Shown: one piece after another, positions 7,536 to 12,395 of the stretch | How positions within the stretch are numbered: position 1 is the stretch's first letter | Layout of the letters: every line of letters starts with the position of its first letter | From: an uncultured Candidatus Saccharibacteria bacterium | GTDB lineage: Bacteria; Patescibacteriota; Minisyncoccia; Phycocordibacterales; JAACPR01 | Reading direction: 5' to 3' | NCBI GenBank assembly: GCA_964615685.1 | Contig: CAZTQC010000008.1 | Location: forward strand, 1-12,395 | Length of the DNA: 12,395 nucleotides | The notes under the pieces: generated by a model | Told to the model about the DNA's origin: nothing | What the model saw: the letters and a program-made list of their open reading frames with translations, nothing else | The model's database searches: none | Program-made: the position numbers and the translations under genes

Positions 7536-9038
7536 ATGACTTACTCCAAAAATAATTTAATAGAAAGACCACCAGTCGTGGTTATCATGGGTCACATTGA
7601 TCATGGAAAATCAACGCTGTTAGACTATATTCGAAAAAGTAATATTGTTGAAAATGAAGCTGGTCAAATCACCCAGCATCTTGGCGCCTACGAAGTAAAA
7701 CACGAAGATGCTAGTGGTAACTTAAAAAAAATTACTTTTATCGACACTCCAGGTCACGAAGCTTTTAAAAGTGTGCGGTGTTGTGGCTCTAATGTGGCTG
7801 ACATTGGTATTTTAATTGTTTCCGCTGAGGATGGAGTAATGCCTCAAACTTTAGAAGCTTTAGAAAATTTAAAAAATGATAATATCCCCTTTATTGTCGC
7901 TATTAGTAAAATTGATTCGCCCAAAGCAAATCCCGAATTAACTAAAAGTAGTTTAATTGAAAACGGAATTTATATAGAAGGATTTGGAGGTAAAATTCCG
8001 GCAGTAGAAATTTCCGCCAAAACGGGACAAAATGTTGCTGACCTCCTAGATTTAATTTTACTTTCTGCCGAAATGGAAGAACTAAAAGCCAACCATGATG
8101 TTTTAGCAGAAGGAGTCATCATTGAAGTTAACAAAGACGAGAAGAAAGGTATTTCAGCCACGACCATTATTAAAAATGGAACCTTAAAACAAAAGCAATT
8201 TATTGTTTGCGGAGACGCTTATTCTCCAATTAGAATTATGGAAGATCAAAATAAAAAACAAATTAACGCCGCTAGCTTTTCGACCCCCGTTTATATTAGA
8301 GGCTGGAATAAGCTTCCAAAAGTTGGCTATGATTTTCAAACTTTCGAGACTAAAAAAGAGGCCGAGAGATATTCAACGGAACATGAAATTAAAAAAGAAG
8401 GCCTAGAAAAAGAGACTTGCTCTCAAAATTCTAATTTTATTGTTCCCCTTATCATAAAAGCCGATACTCAAGGTTCGCTTGATGCTATAAAATATGAATT
8501 GAAAAAAATACATTTACTCAATACTGAAATTAAAATTATTGAGTCTGATACTGGAGACATTGGTGAAGCTGATATTAAAAAAGCCAGTAGTAATAAAAAC
8601 AGTATTATTGTTGGTTTTGGAGTTGGTATTCATAAACAAGCCGTTATCATGAAGGACCGATTAGACGTTCTGATTAAAACTTTCAATATTATTTATGAAT
8701 TAACTCAATGGTTAGAAGAAACGATCGAGGAATTTCGACCAAGAGTGGAGACCGAGGAAAGAAAAGGACTGGCTAAAGTTCTAAAAGTTTTCAATAAAAC
8801 CAAAAATCACCAAGTAATTGGTGGTAAAGTCAAAGAGGGTGTGATTCGAACTGGTAATCGAATCAAAATTCTGCGTCGAAATGAGGAGATTGGCCAAGGT
8901 GTCATTAAGGGCCTTCAGCAACAAAAAAGTATTTCCGAAGAAATTTCGGAAGGGGTTGAATTTGGTTCGTCAATTGATACCAAAATGGAAATTTTGGCGG
9001 GAGATGAACTTGAAACATTTGAAATCGTGAAGAAATAA
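7536..9038 (+). CDS. infB: Translation initiation factor IF-2, short form beginning at the G domain
   Basis: 500 aa. RPPVVVIMGHIDHGKSTLLDYIR is G1. FIDTPGHEAF is G3. GILIVSAEDGVMPQT is present. AISKID is G4. C-terminal beta-barrel domains follow. rbfA lies immediately downstream, the conserved infB-rbfA linkage. Confidence 0.9.
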   Translation: MTYSKNNLIERPPVVVIMGHIDHGKSTLLDYIRKSNIVENEAGQITQHLGAYEVKHEDASGNLKKITFIDTPGHEAFKSVRCCGSNVADIGILIVSAEDGVMPQTLEALENLKNDNIPFIVAISKIDSPKANPELTKSSLIENGIYIEGFGGKIPAVEISAKTGQNVADLLDLILLSAEMEELKANHDVLAEGVIIEVNKDEKKGISATTIIKNGTLKQKQFIVCGDAYSPIRIMEDQNKKQINAASFSTPVYIRGWNKLPKVGYDFQTFETKKEAERYSTEHEIKKEGLEKETCSQNSNFIVPLIIKADTQGSLDAIKYELKKIHLLNTEIKIIESDTGDIGEADIKKASSNKNSIIVGFGVGIHKQAVIMKDRLDVLIKTFNIIYELTQWLEETIEEFRPRVETEERKGLAKVLKVFNKTKNHQVIGGKVKEGVIRTGNRIKILRRNEEIGQGVIKGLQQQKSISEEISEGVEFGSSIDTKMEILAGDELETFEIVKK

Positions 9039-9040
9039 TT

Positions 9041-9355
9041 ATGAATCAGAAAGAAAACAAATTCAAAGAGATTATTTGGCGGGTAGCGAGTGAATTTATT
9101 CAATCAGAATCGAATTACCAATCAATGATTACTGTCACTGATGTGGCTGTGAGTAAGGACTTCCAAAAATCAACAATTTTTGTTACAGTTTTCCCAGAGC
9201 ATAAAGAAGAGGCTGGAATAGATTTTTTGAAAAGACAAAGAAAAAACTTTAAAGAATTCATCAAAAGAAAAACTCGTCTTAGTAGAATTCCTCAATTTGA
9301 TTTTCAAATTGATTTAGGGGAAAAATCTCGACAGCGAATAGATGAAATTCTTTAA
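9041..9355 (+). CDS. rbfA: Ribosome-binding factor A
   Basis: 104 aa. The KH-like RbfA pattern includes VTDVAVSKDFQKSTIFVTV, and the RIPQFDFQID C-terminal motif is present. Start is 2 nt after the infB stop. Confidence 0.8.
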   Translation: MNQKENKFKEIIWRVASEFIQSESNYQSMITVTDVAVSKDFQKSTIFVTVFPEHKEEAGIDFLKRQRKNFKEFIKRKTRLSRIPQFDFQIDLGEKSRQRIDEIL

Positions 9356-9357
9356 TT

Positions 9358-9429
9358 AGGCACGGTGGCGAAGTGGAAACGCTGTGGTTTGCAAAACCTC
9401 CATGCGCGGGTTCGATTCCCGCCCGTGCC
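9358..9429 (+). tRNA. tRNA-Cys (anticodon GCA)
   Basis: Acceptor GGCACGG pairs with CCGTGCC. Anticodon loop is TTGCAAA. Variable loop is 5 nt. T-arm is GCGGG-TTCGATT-CCCGC. Discriminator is U, a Cys identity element. There is one U-U mismatch in the anticodon stem. The gene starts 2 nt after the rbfA stop. Confidence 0.8.
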
Positions 9430-9471
9430 TCCTGCAAAAAATCAATAGATTTTTGTAGACAAAAATATTAA

Positions 9472-9552
9472 GCCCGGGTGGCGGAACTGGTATACGCGCA
9501 CGACTTAAAATCGTGTCCCTCTGGGATGCGGGTTCGACCCCCGCCCCGGGCA
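9472..9552 (+). tRNA. tRNA-Leu (anticodon TAA), type II
   Basis: Acceptor GCCCGGG pairs with CCCGGGC. Anticodon stem CACGA pairs with TCGTG around loop CTTAAAA. There is a long variable arm (CCC..GGG). T-arm is GCGGG-TTCGACC-CCCGC. Discriminator is A. Confidence 0.85.
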
Positions 9553-9593
9553 CAATTAAATTCACACAAATAAAAACTCTAAAAAAGAAGTGT

Positions 9594-9666
9594 CCGCCCA
9601 GCAGGACTCGGACCTGCGACCGTTCGCTTAAGAGGCGACTGCTCTACCGGCTGAGCTATGGGCGGT
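9594..9666 (-). tRNA. tRNA-Lys (anticodon CTT) with several noncanonical positions
   Basis: Minus-strand fold. Acceptor CCGCCCA pairs with TGGGCGG, giving a C1-G72 pair. D-arm TAGCTCAGCCGGTAGAGC is canonical. Anticodon loop is CTCTTAA. Anticodon stem has a G27-A43 mismatch. T-loop is TCCGAGT with C at position 55 instead of the near-universal U. Discriminator is A. Confidence 0.6.
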
Positions 9667-9769
9667 CTCAAATAAGGATTATTAAAAGATTAACAAAGAT
9701 GATTACTAATCACAAGGTTTTTAAAAAATCCTTGCAAAATTTTTCATTTTAAGCGAAAATACGGTTATT

Positions 9770-9856
9770 GCGTGAGTGGCGGAATTGGTAGACGCGCTGG
9801 TCTTAGGAACCAGTGAGGTTAAACTCGTGGAGGTTCAAGTCCTCTCTCACGCACCA
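9770..9856 (+). tRNA. tRNA-Leu (anticodon TAG), type II, CCA encoded
   Basis: Acceptor GCGTGAG pairs with CTCACGC. Anticodon stem CTGGT pairs with ACCAG around loop CTTAGGA. Long variable arm is present. T-arm is GGAGG-TTCAAGT-CCTCT. Discriminator A is followed by an encoded CCA at 9854-9856. Confidence 0.85.
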
Positions 9857-9947
9857 AAATTTCTTTTTTGTTTTTTACAGACAAATAACTCTCTCTGGAG
9901 TTAATCTTTTATTTTTAATCTTATTTATAGACACCACATTCATCCTG

Positions 9948-9977
9948 TTGACAAAACACAATATAATGTGATATAAT
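9948..9977 (+). promoter_or_regulatory. Near-consensus sigma70 promoter with extended -10 (TTGACA-N18-TGaTATAAT)
   Basis: ttgaca at 9948-9953. tg at 9969-9970 precedes tataat at 9972-9977. Spacing is 18 bp. Lies about 85 nt upstream of the SPFH gene start at 10062. Confidence 0.6.
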
Positions 9978-10061
9978 CATAAAAGAGAGGTAAAAAGGAT
10001 ATTCTTAAAAACAAGGATATTTTGAATTTCGGAGAGTACTTTGAAAAGGAGAAGATAAAAA

Positions 10062-11120
10062 ATGAGTACAAAAAATTTAGCTGGGAAAACAAGAAGATGG
10101 TTTTTCCACCTTCTGTTGATGGCAGGACTTTCCTGCGCCGGTTTCAGTTGGGTTATCTTTGTGTCGGGAACAGTCAACACTTTCACAAAAACCCTTGGTT
10201 TGCTATTTGCTCTATTTTGGGGCGTCCTGTATTTGTATTTAGCATGGAACAAGGTTGTTACCATTCCTGGTGATAAACACGCAGCCGTTCAGGCGATGAT
10301 CTTTGGTAAAATCTTAAACGGAAAAACAGAATCAGGACACAGCTTGTTCAAGTTTTTGAATCCCGGGTGGGCAATATTATTTCCTTGGGAAAATCTTTTT
10401 GGAGATCCTGTCGATGTAAATCGAGGATTTATCGAAAAATTTAAATATCAAGGCGAATGTGCTGATGGACCCCTTGATATTAAAATGGTATATACTTTCA
10501 GAGTGATACCTTCAGAATTACAAAGGGTGATCGAAATTTCTGAAATTGAAGCCGAGAGAGAAAACTTCATTAAGCAAAAATTCACTAGCCTCGTTTCTTC
10601 TTTTATAAGAGAAACAATTCCTCAATATTCTATTTCGGAACTCCTAAAAAACAAATGGGACGACAAAAGGACTTCTGAAGAATTGAATTTAAGCGAAAAT
10701 CCAAAAGCAGAAATCGAGAAAAAATGGAAGGCATTCTTCCAAGGAAAAAGCGATGAGGAAAAAGAAGTTGGTCACCAGATCTCTTCTATCATCATCGAGG
10801 ATATTAATCTGGAAGAAGCTACTCAGAAGGCAATGGAACAGATCAGGGTCAACAAACATTACGCTGACGCCGCTAATGAATTGATCAAGGAATTGGGGCT
10901 TTTAAAAACAGTGAAAGAACTCCGAGAAAGCAACGACTCAAAAGAAAAAGAGCAGGCTCTTAATCTAATAAGAGATTCTCTACAAGCGGTTATGATAAAT
11001 GCTGGAAAAGTAAACAAAATTGTTATTGAGGGCGAGAGCGGAAGCGCGTTGATCGCTGGCCTTTTGAAAAATATGTCCCAAAAACCTTCGGGGGGGGGAA
11101 TAAATGAAAAAAATGACTAA
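10062..11120 (+). CDS. SPFH/band-7 (stomatin/flotillin/HflKC-like) domain membrane protein with long coiled-coil C-terminal region
   Basis: 352 aa with two N-terminal hydrophobic segments. The SPFH-like core is VVTIPGDKHAAVQAMIFGKI...NPGWAILFPWENLFG.PVDVNRGFIEKFK...DIKMVYTFRV. This matches the pattern v.eGe.gvv.rfGk...pGl.f.iP....v.v.....d....TkD...v.vd.vv.yrv. The Glu/Lys-rich C-terminal half is predicted coiled coil. Confidence 0.6.
   Translation: MSTKNLAGKTRRWFFHLLLMAGLSCAGFSWVIFVSGTVNTFTKTLGLLFALFWGVLYLYLAWNKVVTIPGDKHAAVQAMIFGKILNGKTESGHSLFKFLNPGWAILFPWENLFGDPVDVNRGFIEKFKYQGECADGPLDIKMVYTFRVIPSELQRVIEISEIEAERENFIKQKFTSLVSSFIRETIPQYSISELLKNKWDDKRTSEELNLSENPKAEIEKKWKAFFQGKSDEEKEVGHQISSIIIEDINLEEATQKAMEQIRVNKHYADAANELIKELGLLKTVKELRESNDSKEKEQALNLIRDSLQAVMINAGKVNKIVIEGESGSALIAGLLKNMSQKPSGGGINEKND
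11090..11098 (+). repeat. G9 homopolymer at the gene junction, serving as Gly codons of the SPFH gene and as SD of the downstream gene
   Basis: ggggggggg is the only long G or C homopolymer in an AT-rich window. The downstream ATG is at 11104 (5-nt spacer aataa). The upstream gene reads SGGGINEKND* through the tract. Confidence 0.8.
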
Positions 11121-11703
11121 ACCCCAGAAATGGTTGATTGCTACGATTATAATTATGCTTTTCGGAACTATTTTAACAATAGTTTTCCAAAATTTCTCTG
11201 AAATTGTTGATAATTTCAGAGAAAAAAGAATTGAACGGGCCATGAAAGCGGCTGAAAGAGAAAGAGATTTAAAAAATATTCAAGCCCAAAGGGAGGCTCA
11301 GAGAGAGGCTCAAAAAAGAACTGTTGGCGGTGAAATTGAGATCATCGAGGTTCCGGCTAACAGATATGTGGAGGTGAACCGGAATATTGATCGAATGATT
11401 GTAATTATTAGTCCGGGAGCTACCGCTAAAATAGCAACCTTTCAGACTGGTTTTCAATGGGAGGTTCAACAAGGATGTGCTTATTTGTCTGTCCTTTACG
11501 ACGCTGAAGGTAAGACGAGTCCGAAAGCGATCAAAAAAGAAGATCGCTTGGATGGCTATTCTTACACAATTCAAACAAGCACTGGTACAGAACACATCGT
11601 AGTCCCAAGAGAAGACTACAGAAAGTTCGTTTATCTTCTCGTTCACAACCCAATAGAGAGTAATGTCTCTGTTGAGTTTAGTTTCGAAAGAATTTTTAAT
11701 TAA
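11104..11703 (+). CDS. Membrane-anchored hypothetical protein (N-terminal TM, short coiled-coil, beta-rich domain of about 130 aa), translationally coupled partner of the SPFH protein
   Basis: 199 aa. The start overlaps the upstream gene by 17 nt. N-terminus KWLIATIIIMLFGTILTIVF is a TM helix. The AQREAQREAQ repeat is present. The C-terminal region has alternating beta-strand-like segments. Resembles the SPFH-partner arrangement (NfeD-like role), but no motif is recognised. Confidence 0.5.
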   Translation: MKKMTKPQKWLIATIIIMLFGTILTIVFQNFSEIVDNFREKRIERAMKAAERERDLKNIQAQREAQREAQKRTVGGEIEIIEVPANRYVEVNRNIDRMIVIISPGATAKIATFQTGFQWEVQQGCAYLSVLYDAEGKTSPKAIKKEDRLDGYSYTIQTSTGTEHIVVPREDYRKFVYLLVHNPIESNVSVEFSFERIFN

Positions 11704-11734
11704 TTAAAACTTAATTAAAAATTTTCTTCAAACC

Positions 11735-11778
11735 AAACGGCGATTATGTTTTATACACAATCGCCGTTTTTTATTTTT
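11735..11778. terminator. Bidirectional intrinsic terminator between the SPFH operon (+) and the pilin-like genes (-)
   Basis: aaacggcgatt-(13 nt loop)-aatcgccgttt forms an 11-bp stem followed by tttttt on the plus strand. On the minus strand the hairpin is followed by ttggtttg. Confidence 0.7.
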
Positions 11779-11812
11779 TCTCGACTTTTTATTTAATTTT
11801 CTCCTAATCAAC

Positions 11813-12055
11813 CTAAAGAAAGACAGTACTTAGTGCAATTCTGAGAATAGAATAAACTGAAACCATAATCAATAGACCAATGATTCCCCACATAATATGA
11901 TTTGCACCAGTTTCTCTGTCAGTTGGACTATCCGCCTTTCTAATGTAAACAACCACTCCCCAAATAAAATAAGCGAGAGCCGCCGCAAATAACAAATTAA
12001 TCAGCGGATTAACAATAACAATCACTAAATTAGAAATAAAATTATCTAAAGTCAT
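11813..12055 (-). CDS. Small two-TM protein resembling TrbC/VirB2-like (type IV secretion / CPR-type) pilin
   Basis: 80 aa. Helix 1 ..LLFAAALAYFIWGVVVYI is followed by polar loop RKADSPTDRETGANH and helix 2 IMWGIIGLLIMVSVYSIL. The F/LWG...Y and charged-loop pattern recalls the pilin-like proteins abundant in CPR genomes. Paralogous to the adjacent gene. Confidence 0.5.
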   Translation of the reverse strand: MTLDNFISNLVIVIVNPLINLLFAAALAYFIWGVVVYIRKADSPTDRETGANHIMWGIIGLLIMVSVYSILRIALSTVFL

Positions 12056-12063
12056 TTATTTTT

Positions 12064-12395
12064 CTAATAATTTTTAAAACCTGGAATACCCGGAACATTT
12101 GGAACCTCATTTGATAAATTTAGAGTATCACCTAAAATAGCTACCAAACCCCAAATTGAAACCATTACGAATAAAACTATAATTCCGTTAAGCATCGTCA
12201 TTCGAGCTTCTGATTGTTTGTCTGCATCACTTGCTTTAATATAACTCAAAACTCCCCACAAAAAATACAGAACTCCCAAAGCAATAACTAAAGGAATAAG
12301 ACTCGCAATAAGGTCACCGATCAAAGTAAAAATTCCTTTTATTCCTTTGTTGGCCTGAGCAAAAGTCAGAACAGGAGCCGCCCACATTGTTGCTA
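12064..12395 (-). CDS. TrbC/VirB2-like pilin paralog, probably N-terminally truncated by the window edge
   Basis: The ORF track gives 12064-12387 starting MWAAPVLTFAQA. That resembles the end of a signal peptide (AxA site). The frame stays open to position 12395, so the true start is likely off-window. The core LYFLWGVLSYIKASDADKQSEARMTMLNGIIVLFVMVSIWGLV aligns with the neighbouring gene. Confidence 0.5.
   Translation of the reverse strand, partial: ATMWAAPVLTFAQANKGIKGIFTLIGDLIASLIPLVIALGVLYFLWGVLSYIKASDADKQSEARMTMLNGIIVLFVMVSIWGLVAILGDTLNLSNEVPNVPGIPGFKNY

Noticed and set aside
7970-9103. ORFs 7970-8167 (-), 8203-8406 (+) and 8915-9103 (-) within infB/rbfA
   Set aside because: They are embedded in or antisense to well-supported conserved genes. 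No independent signals support them.
9356-9752. ORFs 9356-9565 (-) and 9513-9752 (+)
   Set aside because: They overlap four tRNA genes. They are artefacts of GC-rich tRNA sequence lacking stops.
9977-10273. ORFs 9977-10264 (-) and 10022-10273 (+)
   Set aside because: They overlap the promoter, leader and 5' end of the SPFH gene in other frames. The SPFH frame has the SD, the conserved domain and continues for 352 aa.
10980-11646. Minus-strand ORFs 10980-11243 and 11269-11646
   Set aside because: They are antisense to the SPFH operon genes. Their composition is typical of reverse-strand AT-rich coding sequence.
1-12395. CRISPR arrays, IS elements, transposases or integrase genes
   Set aside because: No regularly spaced short repeats, no terminal inverted repeats flanking a transposase-like ORF, and no recombinase motifs were found in any frame. 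The only mobile-element signature is the att-like tRNA-Tyr repeat.

Overview
This window is AT-rich (about 30-35% GC by hand count of sample lines) and gene-dense, with bacterial housekeeping content. Family calls rest on motif recognition only; no searches were run.

Main features, in order:
- A tRNA-Tyr at the left edge. Its last 18 nt plus 36 nt of 3' flank (54 bp total) are duplicated 204 bp downstream.
- A roughly 1.5 kb GC-rich island (about 45-55% GC) next to that repeat, carrying three unrelated ORFs. This is the most unusual part of the window.
- A minus-strand block: iscS-type cysteine desulfurase, then a membrane-anchored HtrA/S1C-like domain protein whose catalytic His and Ser appear lost, then clpB.
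- A plus-strand block: DUF4446-like membrane protein, short-form infB (IF-2), rbfA, then a tRNA cluster of Cys, Leu-TAA, a noncanonical Lys-CTT on the opposite strand, and Leu-TAG.
- A near-consensus sigma70 promoter driving a two-gene operon. The operon is an SPFH/band-7 membrane protein plus a membrane-anchored partner, with translational coupling through a G9 homopolymer.
- Two tandem small two-TM proteins at the right edge that resemble the TrbC/VirB2-like pilins abundant in CPR/Patescibacteria genomes.

The short IF-2, weak Shine-Dalgarno sites and pilin-like genes suggest a small-genome CPR-like host.
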